From Octopus sinensis (Eukaryota): DNA of 64,000 nucleotides. The DNA is taken from positions 156,550,001-156,614,000 of the forward strand of contig NC_042998.1 of assembly GCF_006345805.1 (NCBI RefSeq), in the 5' to 3' direction. Shown here in pieces: positions 10,920 through 24,300 of the stretch (position 1 is the first letter of the stretch; each line of letters starts with the position of its first letter). The translations under genes were made by a program, and so were the position numbers. The notes under the pieces are model-generated. The model was not told the origin of the DNA, made no database searches, and saw nothing but the letters and a program-made list of their open reading frames with translations.

Positions 10920-13900
10920 TGTTACACATTCATATCTATGTGTATACGTAGGTATACGTGTGTAGAATACATCCCCACTTTTGGTACTATTTTGTTAGTA
11001 AACAGTACGAACTGTGTCTAAAATATATATGTATTACTACGCTGAATGTTGACAGTTCGTGTAACAAATAAAGTAAATAAACACGTAAACAATAACAATG
11101 GCTTCATTGAGTTGTCTATCACCCATCAAGAACGAAACTGCACATAACATGGTGGCAGCGGTAAATAATTAATCGGAAACTGTGCCTTTACAAAACAAAA
11201 ACACAACGAACCAGAAAATTAACAAACTAAACATCGCTTCGTCTTCGGACACACATACACGAGGATCCAAAATGGCAACCCCCGTCGCCGTACAGATGAA
11301 TCTACATCCGATCATGAACTGGGACTCCGATGATATCGTGGAAGCATTCAAGAAATTCAAACAAAAAACTCAACTAGCTTTCAAAAGTTTCCTGAAAAGG
11401 CATAACTGACGATGAAAAGGTAAGCTACATCCTTTTATGGACGGGAGAAAAGGGCCTAGACCTATTCAATAGCTGGGATATGTCAGAATCGGGTTGCAAT
11501 AACCCAAATACACTTTTAGAGAAATTTGAAAAGCACCTAGAGCCCAGATCGAACCATAGAATTCACAGATACGAATTCCAGGTCCTGAAACAAGACCCAC
11601 AAGAAACGATTGACAATTTCCTGTCCAGACTAAAGAATGTTGCCGAAAAATGCAAATTCAAAGATAAGGACGAAAGAATTGTTGATCAACTAATATGGGG
11701 GTGTGCTCATAAAGAAGTCCAGGAATCCCTCATAGGTAAGGCCGCTCTCCAGATGATAGAAGAAGTAGACACTGCAAGAGCATTCGAAGCCACTACCAAA
11801 CAAATGGCCTCACTTAGCTTACAAACAAGCTCACTTGATAGCAGTGTAGATACTGTATCTAGGCACAGGACACATACCCGCAAACAAAGAACATGCCAGT
11901 ACTGTGGTATGGAGCATGAGTTCAATAACCGGAAGAAATGTCCTGCATTCGGTACACACTGCAAAGCATGTGAAAAACCCAACCACTGGGGGGAAATGTG
12001 TAGGGTAACAAAATCCCAGAAAAACAAGCCCCAATTTTCAAAGAGGAGCGGAAATAGAAAACAAAGAGATATACATGCCCAACAACAAGAACAAAACACC
12101 TCAGAGGAGGAATTTTTGGCAGTCGGTGCAATAAATGTGCATGAGATGGGAAATGACGACCAGAAAAAAAATGAGGCATACACGACGATACGAATACAAA
12201 AGAAGTCTGGCAAGAAACGAATAAACATTGACTTAAGGCTAAAGATTGACACTGGAGCCCAGAGTGATATCTTGCCTGTCAACCTCTACAAAAAGATGTT
12301 CCCAGAACACATAACAAAAGAGGATAAAGTCAAAGAAGGAATCCTCACACCAAGTGATGTAATCCTCAGTGCGTACGGAGGTACCAGGATTCCACAACTG
12401 GGCAAAACAACAATCACAGGGACACACAAAGGAAAATAATCAAGTGTTCTTTTTATGTCACAAGAACAGAAGGACCAGCAATTCTTGAACTTAATACCTG
12501 CAAAAAGCTAAATATTGTGTCAATCAATGGTGAAGTGAAGGCAGTTCCGAGCAGGATTGACAGAGATATGCCTATCAAAGATCGACCACAAATCACAAAC
12601 AAAGAGGAACTGAATGCTTTGACGATACAGTCGGGTGCTTTGTGAAATGTGGATACCATATAACAGTCGACCCCAATATCAAACCAATTGTTCACCCACC
12701 TCGCCGCGTCCCTCTAGAAATAAAAGAGAAGCTGAAGGCAGAGTTGGACAGAATGGAAAAAAAAGAAATAATCACCAAAGTGACACGACCAACAGACTGG
12801 GTGAATTCAATTGTAATCAAAGAAAAATTCAATGGTGCCCTACGGATATGCCCCGACCCAGGCATTAAAAAGAGAGTACCATCTAAATTCAACCCTTGAA
12901 GAAATCACACCATCATTGGCTGGATCCAAATTATTCAGCAAACTGGATGCCAGTAATGGGTACTGGAATGTAAAGATAGAGAAAGAGTCATCCATGCCCA
13001 CTACCTTCAACACACCATTTGGCAGATATCGATTCACCGACTCCCATTTGGATTGAAGGTGAGCCAAGATGTTTTCCAGCGCCAAATAGATGAGACCTAC
13101 CAAGGCTGCAAGGGAGAAATTGGGATAGCAGATGACATTCAAGTGCATGACAAGGATGAGACCACACATGACTTCAATTTACATGAAGCTATGGAGAAAA
13201 CCCGACAAGCAGGCATCAAACTCAATGCAGACGAGTGTGTGATAAAAGAAAAGGAGTGCAAATTCTTTGGAATTATATACTCTGTAGAGGGAGTTAAACC
13301 AGACCCCGCTAAAGTGGAAGCCCTCAGAGATATCAAAGAACCGAAAGACAAGAAGGAACTCAGGAGCTTCCTGGGACTCATCAACTACATGGGAGCCTTC
13401 ATACCCAAGCTGGCCGATCACACTGCAAATCTCCGAGAACTAAACAAAGATGATGTAGAGTTTGATTGGTGTGCTTCACACATACACAGGATTTCAAGAC
13501 AAAAAGCTCATCGGTAAGGAGAGAACTCTGCAATACTATGACAGACGCAAACCAATAATACTCCAAGTCGATGCTTCTATGAGAGGAGTTGGCGCAGCAC
13601 TGATACAGGAAGGTAAACCCATTGCATATGCCTCAAAAGCTCTCTCACCCACAGAGACAAGGTACGCGAATATTGAAAGGGAACTCCTGGCAGTAGTATA
13701 TGGATGCGAAAAGTTCCATACATACTTGTATGGCAGACATTTCAATATAGAAACAGATCATCGCCCGCTAGAACAAATACATAGAAAAAAACTCACGTAA
13801 GCACCAGCCAGACTGCAAAGATTACTGTTAAGGCTTCAAACATACAACTACGATATCAGGTACAAGCCAGGAAAAGACATGATATTGGCGGATGCTCTTT

Positions 13901-15689
13901 CCAGACTATCCTCACATGATAAACAGGAGATGGAATGACTAAGCATAAAGGTCCACCACATTGTAAATGTAACAACCTCAAAGCTATCAGAAATCAAAGA
14001 GGAGACCAGCAAAGATGAAGAACTCCAGCTCCTTACTCAGATGGTGATTCAGGGGTGGCCAGAAAAGAGACATTAAGTGCAGTCCCTCATTCGTGAATAT
14101 TGGGCCATCCATGATGATATATCAGTGGAGAATGGAATCCTGATGGATGGATCCCGAATAATTATACCCAAGTCAATGCAAAAAGAGATTCTTTACAAGA
14201 TCCACCAAGGGCATCTAGGAATGGAGAAATGCAAGCTCCGAGCCAAGTCAGCAGTATATTGGGCAGGCATGTACAAAGACATAGAAAAGACAGTTTCTAC
14301 ATGCCACATCTGTCAAAAGTACAGAAACTCACAACAAAAGGAGGAAATGATATCTAGTGACATCCCAAGAAGGCGATGGCAAACTATTGGATCTACATCT
14401 GTTCACAGAGAGCCAAGAATGGCCTGCTACTGCTCCAAATTTCCATTTGTGAGAAAAGTGAAAGACCTGACAGCCAAAACAATCACTACAGTGTCTCGAG
14501 GACTTCTAGCAGAGCAAGGAATACCAGAGTAGATCATATGTGACAATGGAACGCAGTTCACATCGCAAGAATTCAAAAAGCTAGTCGATGAGTATGGGTT
14601 CAATATCACAACCTCACCCCCACACTACCCCAAAGGTCATGGGTTTATAGAAAGACAGGTGCAGACAGTGAAGAGAACACTAGTCAAATGCCGAGAGACT
14701 AAGGAAGACCCACACCTGGTACTTCTGTCCTTACGAGTGACACCACTGAGAGCTGACGTGAAATCCCCAGCAGAAATGCTGAATGGCAGGAAGTACAAAA
14801 CTACCCTGCCAGCTAAGATCCAACCTCCTACTGACCAGGAAGAGACAAGAACAAAGCTAGCAGCCACTCAAGAACAATCACAGAAATATTACAACAAACA
14901 TGCACAATACTTACCTGAGATACTTGGAGGACAACATGTGCATACTCAAGATCCCATAACTAAAACATGGATCCCAGCACAAGTTGTCAGTAGAGCTGAA
15001 ACTCCAAGATCATATATAATAGAAACGGAATCTGGTGGGCAGCTGAGACACAACAGGGCCCACATCCGCCCAACACCAAAGCTGTCGAGGAAAACGTATA
15101 CAACACCTGCTGCATCAGTGACAACACCCACAGAATCATCACCCCAACGGGCACCAACCACATATCATCAGCCCAACAACACACCTCAGACACCGGTGCG
15201 AAGCACAAGATCTACCAGATGGAGATCGAACATTCTGCCACCGGTTCGATACCGTTAAAGAAAAAAAGAAGAAAATGAACGATAAATAACTAATTCTGCT
15301 AGATTACAAAGCAGAAAACCACGTGAGTAGACAGAATAATCTCACGGTTTCTGCTGCAGGATTGCCACCTTGCGCTGAAAATCCATTGGAGTAAGGGAGA
15401 CTACTTATATTTGTCTTCACTGCCAAAAGACCCCTTTATTTTTTTTCAAGAAGAAGGGATGTTACACATTCATATCTATGTGTATATGTAGGTATGCGTG
15501 TGTAGAATATATCCCCCCTTTTGGCACTATTTTGTTAGTAAACAGTACGAACTGTGTCTAAAATATATATGTATTACTACGCTGAATGTTGACAGTTCGT
15601 GTAACAAATAAAGTAAATAAACACGTAAACAATAACAATGGCTTCATTGAATTGTCTATCACCCACCGAGAACGAAACTACACATAACA
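10920..15689 (+). mobile_element. Ty3/Gypsy LTR retrotransposon copy 2, full length (4770 bp), decayed
   Basis: LTRs 10920-11149 and 15460-15689 (230 bp, 9 differences), 5-bp TSD ACACC (10915-10919, 15690-15694), PBS 11150-11162 complementary to the tRNA-Leu 3' end, PPT AAGAAGAAGGGA 15448-15459. Confidence 0.97.
11272..15258 (+). pseudogene. gag-pol of Gypsy copy 2 with several frameshifts and stops
   Basis: Gag CCHC x2, protease DTG, RT IADD, RNase H VDAS..ERELLA..ETDH, integrase H..H..C..C and DDE region split over many ORF-track fragments. Confidence 0.93.
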
Positions 15690-16218
15690 ACACCATTCGT
15701 TCTGGGGTATATAGCCCATCCCACCTTCTCTCTCTATCTTCTGCTGTTTAACTCCCGTTTTTTTCTTTTCTTTCTTTTTTCCTTTCCTTTCTTATTTCTT
15801 GTTTTTTGTACTTAAATTTCAATAAAAACATTATTATTGTTATTCATAAGATACTTTTTATAATGCTTTTGTCTCATAACGCTTCCAGTCTCTTGCTATA
15901 ACAACGTCTCTTTGCATTCGAAACGAAGGAAACTAAAACAACAAATGGAGTGGGAGTGAGGTGCAAAATGCAGGTGAACTATAATGAGATGTTTTGCTAT
16001 GAAGTTGATGGTATTTTAGTCAAAAACGACAATGAATTTTTATTGTAAATTATATCTATTTTATCTATTTCACACACACGCACACACAAATACGCGGGTA
16101 TACTTTCGTTACAACCAGAAATTACGCCAATTAAGCGCAAAAGAATGACAATATACATTTGTATGAGTGTATGTGTGTACAAACACGTGGGAGCATGTGC
16201 ATGTGTGTAGATATATAT

Positions 16219-16385
16219 AGCTGTATGGTAAGAAGTTTGCTTTCTTACCACATGGTTGTAGTTTCAGTTCCACTGCGCGACACCTTATGTAAGTGTCGTC
16301 TACTGTAGCACCACAGTAATCAAAACCTTGTGAATGGATTTGGCCGAAAAGTGAGAGAAGCCTGCCGTATATATATATATGTTTG

Positions 16386-16426
<41 letters not shown>

Positions 16427-16675
16427 ATATATATATATATATTATATATATATGCGCACGCGTATGTCTCTGTGTGTATTTTTGTCTGAGTTTGTTCACC
16501 ACAACTGCTTGACAACTGGTGTTGTTTGTTTACGACTCCGTAACTTAACGGTTTGGCAATAACCGCTTGAACAGATACCAAACTGAAAAGATAAGTACTG
16601 GGGTTGATTCGTTCGACTAAAAACTTCAAGGCTGTGCACCAGCATGGCCGCAGTCTGGGGACTGAATCAAATAAA
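16219..16675 (+). mobile_element. tRNA-derived SINE (family B), decayed, with internal microsatellite
   Basis: Head GCTGTATGGTAAGAAG.., body ..CCTTGTGAATGGATTTGG.., tail ..CCAGCATGGCCGCAG..; homologous to 51111-51490, 40735-40858 and 38110-38290. Confidence 0.75.
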
Positions 16676-16734
16676 TATATAACACACACACACACGTATA
16701 TCTACTATATTATATGCAAGTGTATCTGGTTATG

Positions 16735-16898
16735 AGCGAAGGTAAAGAATACGCGGTCAAACTAAATACTCCAGTTTGACCAAATACGCACACCCGGTGT
16801 TTATGGTTAGGGTTAGGGTTATGGTTTAGAGTTTCGGATTAATTTTAGGGTTAGGGTTACGCCCAAAATGGGTGGTGTGTGTATTCTTTAACTCCGCC
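16735..16898. mobile_element. Small MITE-like element containing TTAGGG-type repeats
   Basis: Imperfect inverted ends AGCGAAGGTAAAGAATAC / GTATTCTTTAACTCCGCC; flanks CTGGTTATG and TTAGTTATG match at 7 of 9. Confidence 0.45.
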
Positions 16899-17661
16899 TT
16901 AGTTATGTATGTGTGTTTAGCCTGGGGCTAAACATACATAACGGTACGTTCGCGAGAAAAGCGAATTTTCGAAATCTGTTAATATGCATAGGTTAAATAG
17001 CCAATATCTTAAATGACTGCTCCCTATCCCCAGTATAATTTTAAATATCGTTATATATTTAATATCCATACTTTAACGCAAACCTTGGACTAAATTTAAC
17101 TCGGACATGGAGTTTAGTTACTACTATTTTTTTAAAACTAAATTTATTTGATTCTGCGGATATATACCTTAATATCCATACAACAGGAATGTAAACACTG
17201 TGAAATCTAATATGCATATAACGGAGACTTATATTTTGTGGAATGGACCCTACCTGGACTTGTAATTTGGACTGAATGCTTTGGATGCTTGAATTTAGCC
17301 TATTCGTGTTAGCGGATGCGTTAAGTATTAATTGGATTTTGTTTGTATAATATATTCGTACGCAAATATCTTGTTTGTGCATATGTGTATATATATATAT
17401 GTGCAAGTGTGAACATTTATACTTGGTACCTTGCTTCATGAATTTTGTTACGTTGTTTAGTATTACCGTTAAAACAACATTACTGTTGGTTTTGTTAAAA
17501 ATGTTAGTATATTTAGTTAGAATGCATTTACTGAACTATACGAAGCATGATAATCCAATGTAATGTGATATACTGTTCATTGTTGTTCTTTATGTTTTTT
17601 GCACATGTGATTAATATGTACAATTTTCCTATGTGTGTATATGTATGTATATTTGTATATT

Positions 17662-17720
<59 letters not shown>

Positions 17721-17867
17721 CGTGTGTGTGTGTGTGTGTGCGTGTGTGTGTGTGTGTGCGTGTATTTTGAGTATCTGTCTTATTTATTTTCGTGTTCTTA
17801 TTGGATAGTATGGGAAGCATGTTTTTTATATATCAATATTATTATTATAATTTTATAGTTATGTATA

Positions 17868-17999
17868 TTCTCTGACGAGGCCTTTGGTTATTTAAACAGT
17901 CAAATAAAATCTTTAATGCTTAAGACTATACTACAATGGCATATATGGGCAATTTAAGTTGGATTGTCTCTTGACCATAGGTTGAAACAGCTGTAAGGA
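17868..17999 (+). ncRNA. Type I hammerhead ribozyme (Penelope-associated, minimal helix III)
   Basis: CTGACGA 17872-17878; helix II GGCCT/AGGTT closing a long loop; GAAA 17984-17987; palindromic CAGCTG; GTA cleavage triplet ending 17995; helix I TTCT/AGGA. Confidence 0.75.
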
Positions 18000-18154
18000 G
18001 CAGTTTATTTGTATTATTTTTATTTTATTATAATTTGCATATTGATGTATATTGTTCTGTTCGACTTTCATGTTCCTATTTGTATAATTGATAAATAATA
18101 TGAAATTGTAATATCCGTAAGTTGATGATCGAAATGAATTTGTTCCTCCATTTT

Positions 18155-18198
<44 letters not shown>

Positions 18199-18200
<2 letters not shown>

Positions 18201-19600
18201 AGATAAGAAAATGGAGAAATACATCTAAATCAAATATCAATTACCAGATAATACTCAATCACATACTTTATTAGACCACCACATAAGAGACTGTAGGGTT
18301 AAATATAAAAAGCAGAACAAATCAGTGTACATAAAGGAATGTACATTAAAAAGTGTACATAAAAGAGTAATGTTGTATAATAATTAGAATATATATAAAA
18401 AAGAATATAAATACAAGTAAATATAAATATAAGTATGAATTAGATCTTACAGCTGTTTCGGCCATGTCGATAATTATGTCTCATTTTACCAATATTAGCC
18501 CTTTATGGTTGGTCAATATATAGATATAAATGAGACATTAACAAAAATATCACAAGGCCTCTTCGGAGATTATGTAATATAACACAGTCTACACATATAC
18601 CCACATGGGCGTGGGTGCGTACCCACAATACAACATATATATATACATATGAGTGCATATACTCGCACTCCTATACATATAAAAAGAAAAATATACATTT
18701 ACATAATGATATAAATAAATAATATAAATTAGTAAACATATATGTGTTCCACACCCAATGTCTCAGTTTTACGACTTAATATTGTGATAATAAACATATA
18801 CAAATTAATACCTAGATGTAAATATACATAGTCAATAGTACATTATATTACTTCATAATAGTTTCCAAAGTGTCATTAAAGTTAGTATCATTATCGTTGT
18901 CAATACAATTAATGTTATCATTGTTATCATTCATAATATTATTAATAACTCTTACATTATGAACCAGAGCAGAATATATGTATATCCGTGTTGCAGTTAA
19001 TAATTTTCCTTATGGCATAAATATACTATTGGATTTGAATTTAAAATTATCATTATCTTCCTCACGGTTGGTCAATTGAGAACCGCCCGACCTCCACCAC
19101 ACCGTACAAGCAAAACATACACATCCACATCTAAACCCATACATCTACACAGAGACTCACACACACATGTACACACACATGAATACACCCCGACACCTCT
19201 CTACAATAAATTGGAGAGTGCATGTCTGTCATCGTGTTGCTTATAGACATATCAGTACCAGCAGCAGTGTCTAACACTAACACACACACTCACACGCACA
19301 TCCGCATATACGCATAAATATTAATACACTTTCCTATACTGTGTCAGGGAACTTTCGCACTCACACATATATATATATATATTTAAATATATATCTGCGC
19401 ACTCATACGTACAAATAAAACCCATATTTATATCTACCCATGAATGAATATATACACATCCAAGCACGCACCTGCGTGCCTATATGTGTGATAAAAACAT
19501 ACATCCGTACATCCACCCACGATCCTACCTATATGTACAAAACCATATATACTTACACATACACATTTTCACACACCTACAGAGGTTACTATTAATTTAG
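18199..19600 (-). mobile_element. Penelope-like element remnant ending at a (TA)n tract
   Basis: Carries the hammerhead at 18444-18570; ends ..CTCCATTTTCTTA like the + strand copy at 17868-18156; weak FKFKSNSIFMP similarity to the PLE pre-RT region; left boundary firm, right boundary approximate. Confidence 0.55.
18444..18570 (-). ncRNA. Hammerhead ribozyme with mutated core (CCGAAGA)
   Basis: On the minus strand ATCT-CCGAAGA-GGCC..long hairpin..GGCC-GAAA-CAGCTG-TA-AGAT; perfect helices I and II, core U changed to C. Confidence 0.7.
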
Positions 19601-20015
19601 AATAAGTTTATTAATTATAAGTTAAATTAATTATAGGGCGAAGTTTCGTATGTCGTAGATCAGATTTCCGTCGATTTCCGTAAAAAATTTTTATTTTTTT
19701 ACATAAGTAATGAGAGCGAAAGAGACTAAGAGGAAGCGATTTTACGACGAGAAGGTTTCACTTTAAAGTCGGCCTGTGTGCGTTTGATGGGGTGTGGGAG
19801 ACAGACAGTATGTTGTGTAAGTGAAGTGCTTCTGTTAGTGTGTGCGAAGAGACAGAGAGAGTAATGTGTGAAAGAGAGAGATAACTGATTTTTTACTCGG
19901 TGTATGTGTATATGTATGTATGCATGTATGTGTGTGTGTGTGTGTATGTATCTATGTATGTGTGTGTGTAAGTATGTGTGTGTGTATGTATGTATGTATG
20001 TATGGCCGAAAGAGG

Positions 20016-20352
20016 GTGGGACATTGAAATTGTAGCAGTCGTTTTGATAGTGATTCCTTGGGTTGTTCTGTTGATGACAACTGATGTGCTTGCTTATATT
20101 AAGACCCAGAAGGATAGATATATCATTGAGAACAATAAATTTAGTTGATTTAGCTTATGGTGTACTAGAAGAGGTTAGAAAGGGTCAAGTGGTGAAGACA
20201 TTATTTCGGCCTAGCTAAAGGCATCTGGAAAATGTAAAACTGCTGCCAGAGAATAACGATTCGCGACACATTAAACAAAAAAGGTTAAAACAATATTTTT
20301 TTTTCTTTTACTTGTTTTAGTCATTAGACGGCGTCCATACTGGAGTGCTTAT
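20016..20352. repeat. Inverted duplicate of 24833-25168
   Basis: About 336 bp, only one substitution and one 1-bp indel seen; contains a SINE tail and a Penelope-like block. Confidence 0.93.
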
Positions 20353-21302
20353 TTTTTTAAAGTCTGGTACTCGTTCTATCGGACTTCTTTTGCCGAACTG
20401 CTAAGTTATTTATTTTTTAAATGGCATCATTGAAATAAAAGAACAGTGGTGTGGGCTAAGTCGGTGGAGCGTTCGACAAAAAGCCACGCGCTCTTTTAGC
20501 TGTGTGTCCGAGGGAATTTCGAGTTGAGAATTTTTAGGGATATGTTTCCTTGCTTCAGTCAATAGATTGCGGTCAAGCTGGGGCACTGCCTTGTTGAAAA
20601 AATAGTCTTTCTTCTTCCAAACGTAATTACAAGTGTTCCAGAATATGGAATAATTCCTTAAAATAACGAAAGATAACGAAAAAAAAAAAAATTCATTTTA
20701 ATTGTGGCAGTTATTCCGAAGGAGCGATGGTGGGAGGGGGCAAGTTTGTAAAAACATGAATTTTTGAAAATTTTTTGTTACAGTGCAAATTACAGTGCAA
20801 ATTAATCGCCATATGGGTGATCCTTCGGTATTGATCTGCATGAATGTCAGTCATTTACTCTCTTTATCAGCTTAGTCCCTTTCTCTGTCATTATTGAAAA
20901 TTGTGTGGTGAATGTCTACCAATACCGAAAGATTGCTTTACAGGTGTTTTAGATTGTCTTACATGTGTTTTCTTGTAAAAATGACAGCAAAAAAATAGCG
21001 AGAAAAATTGAAGAAATTCCATTTTGTGTGAGACAGTTATTCGGAACGAAATTCTATCGTGTGCCTTAAACATTTTGAGTTCAAATCCCGCCACGGTCGA
21101 ATTTGCTGTTCGTCATTTCGGGGCTCGATAAGATAGAGTACCAAGAGTACCAATCAAGTACTGGGGTAATCGATTGCTGCTCTTCTCAGGAGCCATAAAC
21201 AAATACACGTTGTCAGTTGACGTAAACGGTACCAGAACCGTAACATCGCCTACTTTTCTAGTGCATAGTTTTCTAGTGTATATATATATATATATATATA
21301 TA

Positions 21303-21304
<2 letters not shown>

Positions 21305-21334
<30 letters not shown>

Positions 21335-24300
21335 CTAGTTTCAGCTCATGAGCTGAGGCCATGCTGGGGCACCGCCATTTGGTGTTGCTACATGGTTTTA
21401 CTTCACGAATGCTTTTTAGCAACTGCCATTTGGTGCATGAGAGAGTTCGATGCAGCTGTCCTCATCTGCACCTCCTGCCGTGAAGTTGGTTCATCTGGGA
21501 TACCTGACAGGAAGAGATCCAGTTTCATTTTAAAGACATCTGCATCCACCCCATGCAGGTCTCTTAGGTTCTTCGGGAGGATATTGAAGAGCTGTGGGCC
21601 TCGGAAGCCCAGGCTATCACAGTATCTTGTCCTACATCTTGATGGCAAATTTGGAGTCCTAGGCACCACGCAGTGGCGCCCAGTTCTGGCATTTGTGTAA
21701 CTCTCGATGCCAAAGTTCAGGACACTTCCCTCCAGGAGCTTCCAGATGTATATTATGGCATATCTTTCCCGCCTACGCTCCAGGGAATATAATTTTAATC
21801 TCTTGAGTCTTTCCCAGTAGCTTACATTCTGCATAGAGGCTATCTTCTTCGTGTAGCTTCGTTGGATCGCCTCAAGTTCTGTGATCAACTTGACACTGGA
21901 TGGTGACCATAGCTGAGAGCAATAGTCAAAGTGGCTTAAGACAAGTGTCTTCCAGAGGACCATCATGGTTTCTTGTTCTCTTGTTCTAAAGGTTCTAAGA
22001 ATCCAGCCAGCCAGCCGTCCGTCTACATTTCATCGTCATTTTAGCAACATGTACATGAAAGGTCACGTCATCACTCATGTGAATACCCAGGTCACGCACT
22101 GATTGTGCCTCTGGGATTGCAATCCCTCCGGGTCCAGTGTATTCATTGGGTATTGCATTCAGTTTTGCATGCTGATAGTATAAAGCTTGAAACTTTCCAG
22201 CATTGAACTGCATGCTATTCTTTTCAGCCCACTTGTATATTTCGTCCAGCTCACATTGCAGGTGTTTAGTGTCCTCAGGGTTCTGTATTGCCTGTGAAAC
22301 TTTTGTATCATCTGCATAACTTGTGATCGTGACTCTCTGCGTGGCTGAGGGCATGTCTGAGAGGGCCATTATGAACAGTAGTGGTCCCAGAACAGTGCCC
22401 TGCGGAACACCGCTCACTATTTGTGTGTTAATGGAGGTGGCCCCATTGGCTACTACCACCTGACTTCTATCCTTCAGAAAGTCATGAAGCCATTCTCCCA
22501 GTTTTCCAACTATGTTGAGATCACGCAGTTTGTGACATATCATTCCATGATCGACTTTATCAAAGGCCTTTGCAAAGTCGAGATATATCACTTCCACATT
22601 TGAGTGGTTGAGCAGCCGTTTCAGCACCCAGTCATAGTGTTGTAGGAGCTGAGTTAAACAGCTTCTCCCTGGTCGGAAACCATGTTGGGTGTCGGGCAGC
22701 AAGTCATTCTCTTCAAGGAAGGTGATCAGCTTCCTTCTGACTATTCGTTCCATGACCTTGCTGATGTGTGAGGTCAGAGAGATAGGTCTATAGTTCTTGG
22801 CTTCCGCTCTGCTACCTCCTTTATGAATGGGGCATATTTTACCTTCCTTCAGTTTTCCTGGAAGTTTGCCAGCTGCAAGGAAGCTCTGAAAGAGGAACTG
22901 CAGTGGTCTTGCTAGGACTCTCTTACATGCTTTTAGGAGGATTGCCGGGAATCCATCGGGGCCAGTAGCTGAGTCTGTTTTCATTTCATCTATAGCCTTG
23001 GTTACATCGTCTTCCTTTATATCGATGTAATCTATCGTCGCCGCCTCTGATTTTATATCTGCAGTGGTAAAAAAGTCAGTTGGATTGGTGATTTGGAGAT
23101 GCCCAAGGGGTGGAGTGAAAACACTCTTGAATTGCTCATTCAGTATTTCACTTACCCTCATTGGTTTTCCTGTAAGTGTGCCATCCTTTTCGAGGAGTGG
23201 CCCTATTCTACAGTGCACTGTAGCTGTTTCTTTGGCATACCTGTAGAAAGCTCTGGGGTTAGATTTTATGATTTCTATAGCCCAGGTTTCTTTGTCTGCT
23301 CTTTCTTTTTCATGGGAGAGTTGCAGACATTTTTCGATTTCCAACAGTTTTATTTTTAGGCGGGACTTTTCACTGCTTTCAATCTGTTTGTTTAGGCGAT
23401 TTGAAAATTTCGTACGCCGTCTCATTAAAATTTTCCTCTCTCTGGGGATTTTGTTCTTGTGTACAGTGGCCTTTCTCTCTGGGACACATTTGTAGCATAT
23501 GGCTTGCATTACAGACATGAATTGTTGAAGTTTCACGTCGATGTCTGGCGAGGAGAGACATTTAGGCCAGTTTTGTTTGAGGATCTCTTTCTCAATTTGT
23601 TTCCAGTTTGCCTTATGGTAGTTCAAGCTGGAAAGATTTTGAGGGTTTCCTGTAGGCTGCATGTCCGTGCTCTCTTTTGGCCCGTACATGGTCAGCTCTA
23701 TCATGTTGTGATCCGAGAGTAGTGTCGGTGTCACTTTCACATTATGGATGAGATCCATGTCATTTGTGAAGCAGAGATCCAGTGTATTACCTGCCCTGGT
23801 TGGTTGGAGTATTACCTGCTCCATGTACAGGGTGTTGATGAGGTTCAGGAGGGACCTCGCCTGTCCTCGTTCACATCTTGTCATTCCTGGGAGAGAAAGG
23901 CCCTCGGGCCATCTGACATTGGGCAGATTGAAGTCTCCCATAAGAAGCACACCTATGTGTTGTTCTAATGTGGTTAGAATTTCTTCTATTTTTATAAGGC
24001 AATCTTCAAACTTGCCCACATGGCTTGGGGCATCTGGAGGGCGATATGTAGCACACACAACTACATCAAGTTGCTTAATATGTACAATTAGTGTGTCACA
24101 CACCGAGTTTGAGTATGACAAGAGGACCTGGGGTGTGAGGTCCTCCCGGATGTACATAGCAACACCTCCATGACTCCTTTCTTTCCTGTCGGTCCGTAGT
24201 ACAGCATACTGTGGTATATGTAACTCCGCATCTGCTATGTCCGGTTTCAGGTGCGTTTCCGTAAGTGCTATGCATAAGGCTTGATTGCATGCAACAAAGT

